Assembly (NCBI GenBank): GCA_963749975.1
Contig: CAVVOZ010000014.1
Coordinates: 961 to 64,960 of the forward strand
DNA length: 64,000 nucleotides
Direction: 5' to 3'
Source: an uncultured Candidatus Rokubacteria bacterium
GTDB taxonomy: Bacteria; Methylomirabilota; Methylomirabilia; Rokubacteriales; DASRDR01
The translations under genes were made by a program, and so were the position numbers. Shown here piece after piece: positions 39,884 through 53,045 of this stretch (the first letter of the stretch is position 1; each line of letters begins with the position of its first letter). Below the pieces are notes generated by a model. The model did not search any database and had not been told where the DNA came from. It saw only the letters and a list, made by a program, of their open reading frames with translations.

Positions 39884-40411
39884 GTGTCTCTCCTCGCCAA
39901 GATCCTGAAGATCGGCCTCGCCACCGAGCCGCTCGAGCCCGGCGATGCGGCCACCGTCGAGCTGGTGCGGCAGGTGGAGGCGAGTACGCGGCGCCTGCTC
40001 GGCCGGGCGATCGGGATCCGGGAAGTCGATGCCGGATCCTGCAACGGCTGCGAGCTCGAGATCAGCGGTCTCACGGGTCCCGTCTACGACGTCGAGCGCT
40101 TCGGCGTCCACTTCGTCGCCTCGCCCCGGCACGCGGACCTGCTGCTGGTCACCGGCCCGGTCACGCGCAACATGGAGGTGCCGCTCCGGAAGACGTACGA
40201 GGCGACGCCCGATCCCAAGCTGGTGGTCGCGGTGGGCGACTGCGCCAAGACGTGCGGCGTCTTCCGGGGGAGCTACGCCGTCGCCGGCAGCGTCGACCAG
40301 ATCGTCCCCGTGGACGTCTTCGTGGCCGGGTGCCCTCCCGAGCCGGCGGACATCCTCCGGGGGATCCTGGCGGCGCTCGATCGCCTGTCGGCCCGTTCCT
40401 CGCGGCGATAG
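39884..40411 (+). CDS. NuoB-like small subunit (EhrS/HyfI-like)
   Basis: DAGSCNGCE, SPRHAD, GDCA, GCPP. Confidence 0.93.
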   Translation: MSLLAKILKIGLATEPLEPGDAATVELVRQVEASTRRLLGRAIGIREVDAGSCNGCELEISGLTGPVYDVERFGVHFVASPRHADLLLVTGPVTRNMEVPLRKTYEATPDPKLVVAVGDCAKTCGVFRGSYAVAGSVDQIVPVDVFVAGCPPEPADILRGILAALDRLSARSSRR

Positions 40412-40413
40412 GC

Positions 40414-42453
<2,040 letters not shown>

Positions 42454-42454
<1 letters not shown>

Positions 42455-43392
42455 TGCGTTACGTGGTCGCCGTCGGGCAGACGTCCCTGGCGCTGCTCCT
42501 CGCCCCCGGGCTGGTGGGGCTGATTCGCTGGATGAAGGCGCGGCTGCAGAACCGGCGCGGGGCGCCGTTCTGGCAGCCGTATCTCGAGCTGCGGAAGCTC
42601 TTCGGGAAGGAGGTCGTGGTCTCCCGGAACGCCTCCTGGCTCTTCCGGGCCGCGCCGTTCGTCATCTTCGCCAGCACGGTCGCGATGACGGCCCTGGTGC
42701 CGGTGCTGGCGGCGCCCCTCGCGTTCGACGCGATGGGCGACCTGGTCGTCCTCGTGTACCTGCTCCTCCTGGGCACGTTCTTCCTGGCGCTGGCCGGCCT
42801 CGATCCCGGCTCCGCGTTCGGAGGAATGGGCGCGAGCCGCGAGGTGACGGTCGCCGCCCTCGCCGAGCCGACCGTCGCCCTGGCGGTGTTCGCCCTGGCG
42901 CTGAGCGCGGGCTCCACGAACCTGGGACGGATCGTCGTGAGCACGCTGGCGGATCCCGCGCGGGCCGTGAGCCCGGGGCACCTGCTGGCGTTCGCCGCGC
43001 TCTTCATCGTCACCCTGGCGGAGACCGGGCGGCTGCCGGTGGACAACCCGGCGACGCATCTCGAGCTCACGATGATCCACGAGGCCATGATCCTCGAGTA
43101 CTCGGGACGCTACCTGGCCCTGCTCGAATGGGCGGCGGCGACGAAGCTGCTCATCTTCTTCGCCCTGCTGGGCAATCTCTTCGTGCCCTGGGGCGTGGCC
43201 CGCGCCCTGACCCCGGAGGCGCTCCTGGTGGCCCTGGGGACCTTCCTGCTGAAGCTGCTGGTCCTCGCGGCCACCGTCGCCGGGTTCGAGACGTGCGTCG
43301 CCAAGCTCCGGCTCTTCCGGGTGCCGGAGCTTCTGAGCGTCTCCTTCGTCCTGGCGCTCCTCGCGGTCTCGTCATCGTTCCTCTTGCGGTGA
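42454..43392 (+). CDS. hyfC: HyfC/HycD (NuoH-like) membrane subunit
   Basis: ARLQNRRG, GASRE, ETGRLPVDNPATHLELTMIHE, AKLRLFR. Confidence 0.9.
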
Positions 43393-43396
43393 TCCG

Positions 43397-44053
43397 ATGA
43401 CGGCGACGTTCTCCCAGCTGTCCGTCCTCGGCTCGAGCCTGATCCTGCTCTTCGCGTTCATCGTCCTGGGGCGGCGCGGCGTGCCGGCCTACGTGAACGC
43501 GTTCGCGTGGCAGTCGACCGTGCTCGCCGGTGTCACGACCGTCGTCGGGTACTACGGCCAGCGCCCCGACCTGTACTGGGTGGCCGCGTTGCTCTTGGCC
43601 GTCAAGGGAGTCGCGATTCCATCGCTCCTCCGGCGCATGGAGCGGCGATTCCGCACCGAGCGCGAGCTCGAGCCCTACGTGAACACGGCGACGTCGCTCG
43701 TCATCGCCGGCCTGCTGGTGCTCGTGGGCTACGTGATCTCGCGCCCCCTGGTGGCGCTCAGCCGCCTGCCGACCCGGGCGGGGATGCCGCTCGCCATGGG
43801 ACTCATCCTGGTCAGCCTGTTCGTCCTGGTCAGCCGCAAGAAGGCGATCACGCAGGTCATCGGCTTCCTCATGCTGGAGAACGGCCTGGCGCTCCTGGCC
43901 GTCCTCGGCACCTACGGGATCCCCCTGATCGTGGAGCTCGGCGTCTTCCTGGACGCCCTCCTCGGGTTCCTGGTCATGCAGATCTTCGTCTATCAGATCC
44001 ACGAGACGTTCGAGAGCATGGACGTCGAGCGCCTGAGCCGGCTGAGGCACTGA
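43397..44053 (+). CDS. hyfE: HyfE-like membrane subunit
   Basis: VKGVAIP, RKKAITQVIGFLMLENG, VELG.FLD. Confidence 0.9.
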   Translation: MTATFSQLSVLGSSLILLFAFIVLGRRGVPAYVNAFAWQSTVLAGVTTVVGYYGQRPDLYWVAALLLAVKGVAIPSLLRRMERRFRTERELEPYVNTATSLVIAGLLVLVGYVISRPLVALSRLPTRAGMPLAMGLILVSLFVLVSRKKAITQVIGFLMLENGLALLAVLGTYGIPLIVELGVFLDALLGFLVMQIFVYQIHETFESMDVERLSRLRH

Positions 44054-44058
44054 GGGCG

Positions 44059-45510
44059 GTGCGCACCTTCGGGTTCCTGCTCGGCCCGCCGTTGCTGGCG
44101 GCGCTGCTCGCCCTGGTCACCGTGCCCTTCCGGCGGGCCGTCGGCTGGACGAACGCGGGCCTGTCCCTGGTCTCGCTCGGAGCGGCCCTCGCGCTGGGGC
44201 GCCAGGTCCTGGCTGACAAGGTCGTGGTGGCCGGGTGGCAGGATCTCCTGCGAGCCGACGCCCTGTCGGCGCTGCTGGCCGCCTGCGTGTCGGTGGTGAC
44301 CGTGCTGGCGACGTGGCTCGGCCCGGGGCTCGAGCGGAGCGACGAGCCCCGGCGGACCCGTCGCTTCCAGATCTTCGTCAACCTGTTCGCCTTCACGATG
44401 CTCTGCGCGGTCACGACCAACAACGTCGGGCTGATGTGGGTGGCGATCGAGGCCACCACGATCACGTCCGCGATGCTGATCGCGCTCGACGTCACCAAGG
44501 CGTCCGTCGAGGCTTCCTGGAAGTACGTGCTGCTGGGGTCGGTGGGCATCGCCCTCGCCTTCGCCGGCACCGTGCTCGCGTACTTCGACTTCGTGGGGCT
44601 GGCCGACCCGCAGGAAGCCGTCCTGAACTGGACCGTGCTGAGAGCCGCCGCGCCCGCGCTCCACCCCGAAGTCATGGAGCTGGCGTTCGTGTTCATTCTG
44701 GTGGGCTACGGGACGAAGGCGGGGCTGGCGCCGATGCACACGTGGCTTCCCGACGCCCACGCCGAGGCGCCCGCGCCCCTCTCCGCCATGATGTCGGGCG
44801 TGCTGCTCGCGGTCGCGCTCTATGCGATCGTCCGCTGGAAGGCGGTGGTGAGCATCACCGTCGGCGACGCCTTTCCGAACCGGCTCCTCGTCGTCCTGGG
44901 TGTCCTGTCGCTCGCGATCGCGGCCTTCAGTCTCGTGATGCAGCGGAACTACAAGCGGATGCTGGCCTACTCGAGCATCGAGCACATGGGTCTCGTGTGC
45001 GTGGGGCTGACGCTCGGGCCGCCGGGGACCGTCGCGGCGATGCTGCATCTCCTCAACCACACGCTGGCGAAGGCCCCGATGTTCCTGCTCGCCGGGCGAG
45101 TCCTCCGTCGATACCAGACGGCCGACATCGCGCGCGTGTCGGGTCTGCTCCAGTCGATGCCCGGGACCGGCTGGCTGTTCCTGGCCGGCGCGCTGGCCCT
45201 GGTGGGCCTGCCGCCGTTCGGCCTGTTCGTCTCGGAGTTCGCGCTGCTGCGGGCCGGCTTTGCGATCGGGCGACCCTGGCTCATGGGGATCGTGCTGGCG
45301 CTCCTGACCGTGGCCTGCGTCGGGTTCGTGACCCACGCGAACCGGATGCTGTACGGGACGCCGCCCGCCGGAGTGGTCCGCGGGAAGGAGGACCGCTGGC
45401 GGCTCGTCCCGCTTGCCCTGTGCATGGCGGCGCTGGTCACCCTGGGACTCTTCGTGCCGGCGCCGGTGGCGAGCCTCCTCGCGCAGATCGCCGAGATCGT
45501 GGGGCCATGA
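44059..45510 (+). CDS. hyfF: HyfF-like antiporter subunit
   Basis: WVAIEATT, EASWKY, GTKAGLAPMHTWLPDAH, AYSSIEHMG. Confidence 0.9.
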   Translation: MRTFGFLLGPPLLAALLALVTVPFRRAVGWTNAGLSLVSLGAALALGRQVLADKVVVAGWQDLLRADALSALLAACVSVVTVLATWLGPGLERSDEPRRTRRFQIFVNLFAFTMLCAVTTNNVGLMWVAIEATTITSAMLIALDVTKASVEASWKYVLLGSVGIALAFAGTVLAYFDFVGLADPQEAVLNWTVLRAAAPALHPEVMELAFVFILVGYGTKAGLAPMHTWLPDAHAEAPAPLSAMMSGVLLAVALYAIVRWKAVVSITVGDAFPNRLLVVLGVLSLAIAAFSLVMQRNYKRMLAYSSIEHMGLVCVGLTLGPPGTVAAMLHLLNHTLAKAPMFLLAGRVLRRYQTADIARVSGLLQSMPGTGWLFLAGALALVGLPPFGLFVSEFALLRAGFAIGRPWLMGIVLALLTVACVGFVTHANRMLYGTPPAGVVRGKEDRWRLVPLALCMAALVTLGLFVPAPVASLLAQIAEIVGP

Positions 45511-47084
45511 CGGCCTTCGAAAGCCTGCCCGCGGCCCTGAGTCAGCAGCTTCACGGTCGTGTCGCCGGGGTGCGGCTTCACGGCGCGCGGGAGCTTCGCT
45601 GCACGATCGCGGCCGGGGACGTGCCGGGGCTGGCGAGGTGGCTGCGCGCGAGCTTCGGGGCCGACTTGATCCTGATGGTGGGGGCCGACCGCCGGCGGGA
45701 TCGCGGAGAGTTCGCGGTTCACTACCTGTTCGGCGAGGGTCGCGAGAACTGGTTCGTCCACGTGACGGTGGCGGTGTCCGCCGAGCGGCCCGAGATTCCG
45801 TCGCTGGCCACGTTCCACTATCCGGCGTCACGATTCGAGCGCGAGATCTTCGATCTCCTCGGCATCGGGGCCCGCGGGCATCCCGATCCCCGGCCGCTCG
45901 TGCGACACGCGTTCTGGCCGGAGGACTACTTCCCGCTCCGCAAGGACGCCGCGCCCCGGGACTTCCACGACGACGGCCAGGCCTTTCCGTTCCGGCAAGT
46001 GGGCGGCGAGGGGGTGTACGAGATTCCGGTGGGGCCGGTGCACGCGGGCATCATCGAGCCCGGCCACTTCCGCTTCAGCGTCGTGGGCGAAACGATCATC
46101 GACATGAAGTCCCGGCTGTACTTCACGCACAAGGGGACCGAGAAGCTCTTCGAGGGTCGGACGCCGGAGGACGGGGTGGAGCTGGCCGAGCGCGTGTCCG
46201 GGGACACGAGCGTCGGGCACGCGCTCGCCTACTGCCAGGCGGTGGAGGCGCTGAGCGGCACCGTCGTGCCGCCCCGGGCGCGGTACCTTCGCGTGATCCT
46301 GCTCGAGCTCGAGCGCCTCTACAACCACGTCGGTGACTTCGGGATGATCGCCAACGACACCGGCTTCGGCGTGGCCCACTCGCACTGCTTCCGGATCCGC
46401 GAGCGGCTCTTGCGTCTGAACAAGCGCCTGACGGGGCACCGGCTGCTGCGCGGCGCCCTCCGTCCCGGCGGTGTCCGGACGGACCTGCCGGGCGGGCTGG
46501 ACGTGGCCTCCGAGGTGCGCGGCGCCCTGGCGGACTTCGACGAGATCGTGGAGATCAGCCTCGGCAACACGCTGGTGGCCGATCGGCTCGAAGGGACCGG
46601 CCGGCTGACGGCCCAGATCGCGCGTGATCACGGGGTCCTCGGCTTCGTGGCGCGCGCCTCCGGGCTGGACGTCGACGCGCGGCGCGACCATCCATTCGCG
46701 GCGTACGGGGAGCTGTCGTTCGGCGTACCCGTGCTCGACTCGGGCGACGTGAAGGCGCGCACGCTGGTTCGCGTCCGGGAGGCGCGGGAATCGGTGAAGC
46801 TGATCGAGCAGGCGGTCGGCGGGCTGCCGGCGGGACCGCTGGCGTCGCCTCCGGGTCCATGTCCGGCCTTCGAGCCCGCGTTTGCCCTGGTGGAGGGATG
46901 GCGGGGGCGGATCATTCACTGGCTGATGACCGATGGGAGCGGCCGGCTCGAGCGCGTCAAGATCTTCGATCCCTCGTTCCTGAACTGGCGGCCGCTGTCC
47001 TACGCGCTCCTGAAGAACATCGTTCCCGACTTCCCGCTCTGCAACAAGTCGTTCAACCAGTCGTACTCGGGGAACGATCTCTGA
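45507..47084 (+). CDS. NuoCD-like large subunit lacking NiFe ligands (EhrL/HycE-like)
   Basis: FEREIFD, GPVHAGIIEPGHFRF, RVSGDTSVGH, C-terminal DFPLCNKSFNQSYSGNDL. Confidence 0.92.
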   Translation: MTAFESLPAALSQQLHGRVAGVRLHGARELRCTIAAGDVPGLARWLRASFGADLILMVGADRRRDRGEFAVHYLFGEGRENWFVHVTVAVSAERPEIPSLATFHYPASRFEREIFDLLGIGARGHPDPRPLVRHAFWPEDYFPLRKDAAPRDFHDDGQAFPFRQVGGEGVYEIPVGPVHAGIIEPGHFRFSVVGETIIDMKSRLYFTHKGTEKLFEGRTPEDGVELAERVSGDTSVGHALAYCQAVEALSGTVVPPRARYLRVILLELERLYNHVGDFGMIANDTGFGVAHSHCFRIRERLLRLNKRLTGHRLLRGALRPGGVRTDLPGGLDVASEVRGALADFDEIVEISLGNTLVADRLEGTGRLTAQIARDHGVLGFVARASGLDVDARRDHPFAAYGELSFGVPVLDSGDVKARTLVRVREARESVKLIEQAVGGLPAGPLASPPGPCPAFEPAFALVEGWRGRIIHWLMTDGSGRLERVKIFDPSFLNWRPLSYALLKNIVPDFPLCNKSFNQSYSGNDL

Positions 47085-47293
47085 GCGCCGGGTAGACAGG
47101 GGACCGCTGCTCGGCCCGAATCCGGATCTCACACGCGGTCACGTCGCGAAGGACTCGCGCCGCGTGGCGCGGGGTCATGGCAGCGACTTGCTCCCTCGTC
47201 GATGCGGTCAGACGCTCGTGCTCGACACCTCGGGCTGCGATCAGGCGATCGGCCAGGTCCTGCAGCGCTCGGGCGCGCCGGTGGCGCTCGGAC

Positions 47294-50184
47294 TCAGCGA
47301 CTGACGGTCAGGGTCCCGACCACCACCGCCCGGCGGACGATCGGGAGGTCGGCCGCGCTGGCCCGGAGCTGCTTGCCTGTCCAGGGCAGCCAGACGCCCG
47401 CGTGGAGCGGGTAACGGCCGGGCGGCGTGTCGGCCGGCACGCGAAGCGTCACGCTCTGCCGGACCTCCTCTCCGGGGGACCACTTCGAGGTGCCGAAGTT
47501 CCGGGCCCCGATCTGCTGGTCCCGGTTGCCGGTGTCCTTCAGGCCCCGGACGTGGAGGAAGGCCCAGTAGTCCTGACGGAGGGATTGCGCCAGCCGCCAG
47601 TGGTAGCGCACGGTCACGGTGTCACCCGGCCGAACTTCGGGAGGAAGGTCCACACCGACCAGATCGAGGGCGTCTCCGAATCGGATCTTGGTGGGGATGG
47701 CGGGAGCCGGGGCTGATCGCAGTCCTGACCGCCGCGGCGGCGTCACCTCGGCCGAGCTTGTCGAGAGCCTCGGCCCAGCGTTCCATGCGACCGCGGCGCC
47801 ACAGACCCTCGGGAACGGCGTCCGCCTGCTCGGCCCAGCGGACGACCTCCCCCCATGCCTGGTCCGCCGCCGCCCGCTCGATGTCGAGATCGAACGCGTC
47901 CGACCAGCCAGCGCGCGCGAGGGCCAGGCCGTAGAGGTGGTGCGCCCCTTCCCACTCCGGCGCGAGCATGAGGGCGCGGTTCGCGTCGGCGAACACCGCG
48001 TTCCATGGGACCTGCGCCCGCCGGTGTTCGTACGTGACGGGAGCGCGGATCGGATTGGGACCTTCGGGGTCGTCCATCCAGTGGTCCAGCTGGCGCTCGG
48101 CGGCGACCGCGGCCTCGGCGGCCGGCGACGGGGGTTCCCACGGACGTGGTGGCCGCCTCGTAGACGAACAGCTCGGCAATGCTCCAGAGCGCGCCGGGCT
48201 CCCCCTTCCCGGTCTCGGTGAGACGCACGTAACGCGTGGGCCGTGGCTCCATGCGAACCATGACCCGCCCGCTGTCGTCGATCCGGGGATGGCCCTTCCA
48301 CCAGTGGAGCCCGGGCAGGACCTCCCGGACCGACGCAACCGTCCGCCACGTCGAGCCGTCGACCGAGGTCTCCACGCGAAGCCCTACCGGCGCTTCGCTC
48401 GGCCAGGGCGCGGCGGCAAGCGTCAGCTGCGCGACGGAGTACGGTTGCCCAAGGTCCAACTCGAACCACTGGCCGGGCCGCTGGGGCGCGGTCCACCGGG
48501 TCCACACGCGACGGTCGAGAGCCAGGCCTGCGGCTTCGGTCCGGGACGAGGCCCGCGCGACCCATCCAGCCGGGACGATCGGCTTGACGGGCCCCGGCGC
48601 CCCGAAGCCGTGGAAGATCGCGTAGTCGCCGACGTCCTCCCGCTCGTACCGGACGCCGGCGAGCGCGAGCGCCTGGGCCATGACATCGGGGTGAGGCCGT
48701 CGCAGGGCGCCATGCGTGAGGAACGCCACGGTCGAGGGATCGTCCACGCGGTCGACGGCGCGGAGGAACGCGTAGTTCCGGAACCCGACGTAGTCGGTGC
48801 AGAGCACTTGCTCGTTCGACTCGAACGTGACGACCTGCGCGATTCGTCCGTCCGCGTAGCACGAATGGATTCCGAGCGCCTCGAGCCGTGCGATGGCGGC
48901 GTCGACGGGGCGCCAGGGCGCGCCTTCTCCGTCCCGCACGAACGCGACGTGGGTGACCAGGTTGAAGCCGAGGAGCGCCGCCGCGAGGAGGCCCGCGACG
49001 GGGGTGCCTCCGATCGCGGCCAGACGTGCCAGCGCCATCGCGCAGAGCACGGGCAGGGTCGCCTGGAAGGTCATCGCGTAGCGGAGCACCGTGGAGGTGC
49101 CGAACCAGGTCAGGAGATGGGCCGCCACGGTTGCCCAGAACGCCACCGCGACGAGGTCGAGGGCGTCCCGCCACGGCCGCTCCCGCCGCCGGATCCGCTG
49201 GCTCCACACGACCGCCCGGCCCACCGCGACCAACAGGCCTGGCACGTACACGCCCAGCACGGTGATCCAGCTCAGGACCCGCGCCCAGGACGAGAGCCGC
49301 ACCGCCCGCCCGTCCCAGAAGTAGTCGCGCAGGCTCTCGAGGAGGGTCGCTCCCACGATCTGGAACCGAATGCTCCACGGTGGCAGCGGCCCGCCCCACG
49401 TCGCGAGATGCCGGAAGGTGGCCCAGTCGTGATGGGCATTCCACATCCAGAAGGGCCAGCTCGCCAGGAAGAACAGCCCGAGGGCCGCGTAGGGCCCGGC
49501 GCTCCGGAGGACCCGTGGCCGCGCGACGATGAGGACGACGCCGGGGAGCAGGATCATGGTTGCGATCTGGCTCGACCACCAGCTGAGACCGGACGCCACG
49601 CCGAGGACCGCCCAGGCCGCGGCGCGCGCCGGAGTCGCGCGTGCATCGACCAGGTACGTGGCGCTGGCCATGGCCAGCGTGCCGAAGGCCAGCGCGGAGC
49701 TCTCCCCGTGGGTCGACAGCTGGGCGTGGCTGAGAAAGACGGGCGGCACCGCAACCAGGAGCCCCGCCACGAAGGCGAACGGTCCCGCACCAGCCCGCCG
49801 GGCGATGAACCAGACCGACCAGGCCCACAGGACGGCGATGACCGCCGACGCCATCCGAAGGACGAGGGTGGACGGGCCAAACAGCCAGAACCCCAGCGCC
49901 GCGGGATAGGCGTCACCGATCGCGCCCCCGTACGGCTCCCCCCAGTAGAAGACCTGTGGAGTGCCGTGGAGGATCGCGAAGGCCATCAGCCCGGTCAGGG
50001 CCTCGTCGTAGTACGTCTCGGCGAGAGTAGGGGTGAGCGCCAGTCGATACCGGAGCGCCAGGAACACGACGGCGAGGAACGCTCCCGCCGCCACGATCCA
50101 GACGCCGCCATGCGTCAGGCGGGAGGCTGGTCGCGCCTCCGTCAGGGCGCCGGGCCGGGTAGGGGCGTCGACGGTGGCGCGCAT
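47294..50184 (-). CDS. GT-C (ArnT/PMT-like) glycosyltransferase + discoidin (F5/8C) + C-terminal Ig-like domain; frameshifts ~48140, ~47715
   Basis: YYDEA, multiple TMs, ALDRRVWTRW..GQWFELDLG..VETSVDG..WSIAEL, W..GE.V..PPGRYPLHAG. Confidence 0.8.
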
Positions 50185-50509
50185 GTTTCGCGTCAGCGTA
50201 CGTCTCGGGCGCGACGGGGCGTAGCGGTGAAAGCCCCCATGCATGGGTGGTTTTCCCGACACCGCCGTGCGAAAGCCTGCCATCTCGCGGATTTCGCCGT
50301 GGAAGGGACCGTCGAGCGGGACAGCGCGCACCGGGTCGGCCGCGCGAAGGCGTCAAGTCGGCGGACCGGTTGTCTCGATCGTCACGGCGGTCGCTGCCGC
50401 GACCGTGCGGTAGAAGGGGTCGGCGCGCCCGGCAGGTCCTCGACCAGGCGCTCGGCGGCCTGGTCCACGCCCCGGAGCTCGAAGCGCATGTCGATGCGCT
50501 GGAAGCGAG

Positions 50510-50553
50510 CGCAACGATGTCGCAACGATCACGTCACCTGGCACGTCACCTGG
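50510..50553. repeat. Two adjacent short tandem repeats in a divergent intergenic region
   Basis: cgcaacgat x2 (50510, 50521) followed by cacgtcacctgg x2 (50530, 50542). Confidence 0.6.
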
Positions 50554-50691
50554 GTGCGATGGTCTGGAATCCCGGCGGTTGCTAGAGTCGGGGCTGGCTC
50601 CCGCAATGCCGACGCGCCGCGCCCTCGCGACCCTGGTGGCCCTCACGGGCCTGCGCTAGAATCGGGCCGAGGAAGCCGCCGCGCGGGTCCC

Positions 50692-51627
50692 ATGGGCAAC
50701 GGTCGAGCGGTCACCGTCGAAGAGATCATCGACCGGATCGACGCCTGGCGCGGCCGGCCGGTCTCGATTCGGGCCCTGACGAACGGGCTCACCAACGCGA
50801 ACTACCGGGTCGACGTGAACGGCCGCGCGTTCGTCGTGCGGATCCCGGGCGCGTCCACCGAGCTCCTGGCCATCGACCGCGCGAACGAGCTCCACAGCGC
50901 CCGCGTCGCGGCCGCCCTCGGTATCGGCCCGGCGGTCCTCCACCACTTCCCGGACAGCGGCGCGACCGTCATCGAGTTCCTCCACGGCCGGCCCATGACC
51001 AACGCCACGCTCCAGGAGCCGGGCATGCCCGGGCGGATCGCCGCGACGCTTCGCGCGCTCCACGGAGGGCCGCGGTTCCTCCGGGACTTCGACATGCTCG
51101 GCCTCGCCGACGGGTACCTGGCCGTGATCGAGCGTCGGGGCTTCCCGCTCCCGTCCGGCTACCGGGCGCGGCGCCCCGTCATCCGGGAGATCGGCGCCGT
51201 GCTGGCGGCTCGCCCGCTTCCCAGCGTGCCGTGCCACAACGATCTTCTCGCCGACAACTACATCGAGCAGGGGAGCCAGCTTCGCCTGGTGGACTGGGAA
51301 TACAGCGGCAACGGCGACCCGGCGTTCGAGCTCGGCAACACGTGCCGCGAGCTCGACTACGACGACGTCCGGGTGCGCGAGCTCTGCCAGGCGTATTTCG
51401 GCAGCGCGCCCGCGTCCCTCGTCGCGCGGGTCAGGCTCCACATGATCGTCTCCGACGTAGGCTGGACGCTCTGGGCGGCGATCCAGACGGCGATCTCGCG
51501 GATCGCGTTCGACTTCTCGGCCTATGGCGCCGCGCGGTGGGCGCGCGCCGAAGCGGCGATGGACTCACCGGATTTCCCCGGCTGGATCGACGCCGTCGCG
51601 CGCCCCCGCGAGGGAGGGCCCCCGTGA
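50692..51627 (+). CDS. Choline/ethanolamine kinase (APH) family protein
   Basis: GLTNANY, VVRIPG, IDRANE, CHNDLLADN, VDWEYSG. Confidence 0.9.
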   Translation: MGNGRAVTVEEIIDRIDAWRGRPVSIRALTNGLTNANYRVDVNGRAFVVRIPGASTELLAIDRANELHSARVAAALGIGPAVLHHFPDSGATVIEFLHGRPMTNATLQEPGMPGRIAATLRALHGGPRFLRDFDMLGLADGYLAVIERRGFPLPSGYRARRPVIREIGAVLAARPLPSVPCHNDLLADNYIEQGSQLRLVDWEYSGNGDPAFELGNTCRELDYDDVRVRELCQAYFGSAPASLVARVRLHMIVSDVGWTLWAAIQTAISRIAFDFSAYGAARWARAEAAMDSPDFPGWIDAVARPREGGPP

Positions 51628-51728
51628 CGCCCGGGACGGGGCGCCGCCCTTGACAACCTCGCCGCCGGTGACCGATGGTAGTCCGTCGCCACAAAGCCCT
51701 GTTCCGAACCCGAGGAGGGGATACATAC

Positions 51729-52835
51729 ATGAAGCTCCTATCGTTCCGCACGATCTCGCTCGCCACCCTGGTCGTCCTGGCGGCCATCGGGGTCGCGGTC
51801 GGCCAGACCGGGATGGACCAGCTGGTCGCCGCCGCCAAGCAGGAGGGCCAGCTCACCACGATCGCCCTTCCGCACGACTGGTGCGGCTACGGGGAGCTCA
51901 TCGGCAGCTACAAGACCAAGTACGGCATCAAGGTCAACGAGCTCAATCCCGACGCCGGCTCCGGGGACGAGATCGAGGCCATCAAGGCGAACAAGGGGAA
52001 CAAGGGCCCGCAGGCCCCGGACGTGATCGACGTCGGCCTCTCCTTCGGCCCATCGGCCAAGAAGGAAGGCCTGCTCCTGCCCCACAAGGTCGCCACCTGG
52101 GCCTCGATTCCCAACGACCAGAAGGACTCGGAAGGCTACTGGTACGGTGACTACTACGGCGTGCTCGCCTTCCAGATCAACGCCGACATCGTCAAGAACG
52201 CCCCTCGCGACTGGGCGGACCTCCTCAAGCCGGAGTACAAGAACTCGGTCGCGCTGGCCGGCGATCCGCGCACCTCGAACCAGGCCATCCAGGGCGTCCT
52301 GGCCGCCGGCCTCGCCATGGCCAACGGCAACATGGACCGGGCTGCGGAGGCGGGTCTGAAGTTCTTCGCGGATCTCAACAAGGCGGGCAATTTCGTCCCG
52401 GTGATCGGAAAGGTGGCGTCCCTCGCGCAGGGGGCGACGCCGATCATCATCCGCTGGGACTACAACGCGCTCGCGGATCGCGACACCCTCAAGGGCAACC
52501 CGAAGGTCGACGTGGTCGTCCCGCGGAACGGGGTCGTGGCCGGCGTGTACGTCCAGGCGATCAGCGCCTTTGCGCCGCACCCGAACGCCGCGAAGCTGTG
52601 GATGGAGCATCTCTACTCGGACGAGGGACAGGTGGCCTGGCTGAAGGGCTACTGCCATCCGATCCGCTTCCTGGACCTCGTGAAGAACAAGAAGGTGCCG
52701 GCCGACCTCCTGGCCAAGCTGCCTCCGGCCGAGTCCTACGACAAGGCGGTCTTCCCGACGCTCGAGCAGCAGGCGAAGGCGAAGGAGATCATCACCAAGC
52801 AGTGGGACACCGTCGTCGGCGCGAACGTCAAGTAG
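51729..52835 (+). CDS. ABC substrate-binding protein (polyamine/Fe3+ class)
   Basis: Signal peptide, AKQEGQL, APDVIDVG, APHPNAAKLW; RBS GGAGG. Confidence 0.9.
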   Translation: MKLLSFRTISLATLVVLAAIGVAVGQTGMDQLVAAAKQEGQLTTIALPHDWCGYGELIGSYKTKYGIKVNELNPDAGSGDEIEAIKANKGNKGPQAPDVIDVGLSFGPSAKKEGLLLPHKVATWASIPNDQKDSEGYWYGDYYGVLAFQINADIVKNAPRDWADLLKPEYKNSVALAGDPRTSNQAIQGVLAAGLAMANGNMDRAAEAGLKFFADLNKAGNFVPVIGKVASLAQGATPIIIRWDYNALADRDTLKGNPKVDVVVPRNGVVAGVYVQAISAFAPHPNAAKLWMEHLYSDEGQVAWLKGYCHPIRFLDLVKNKKVPADLLAKLPPAESYDKAVFPTLEQQAKAKEIITKQWDTVVGANVK

Positions 52836-52911
52836 CGCCCACCCCGTGAACGTGGATCGCACCGAGCGCGTGTGGCGGAGCCGCCCGGGCCCGGTGTGAT
52901 CGTTGCCGTGA

Positions 52912-52953
52912 CCCTCTTCCTCTCGCCGCCGGCTCCGGGGTGAGGGGAAGAGG
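52912..52953. repeat. GC-rich intergenic hairpin (REP-like / mRNA stabiliser)
   Basis: ccctcttcctctcgcc...ggtgaggggaagaggg between the SBP and permease genes. Confidence 0.55.
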
Positions 52954-53045
52954 GCGCGGAGCCTTCCGATGAGCTGCCAGCCGAGCGCCACCGTCCCGCG
53001 CCGGGACCGCCGTGCGGCGGGAGCGCTCCCGCCAGGGGCCGCCGC

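Noticed and set aside
45507-47084. True [NiFe]-hydrogenase 4 / formate hydrogenlyase
   Set aside because: Both Ni-binding CxxC motifs are absent.
47968-50691. Long N-terminal extension giving a 1219-aa kinase, and similar long Arg/Pro-rich ORFs
   Set aside because: Antisense or off-frame shadows of real genes in high-GC DNA.
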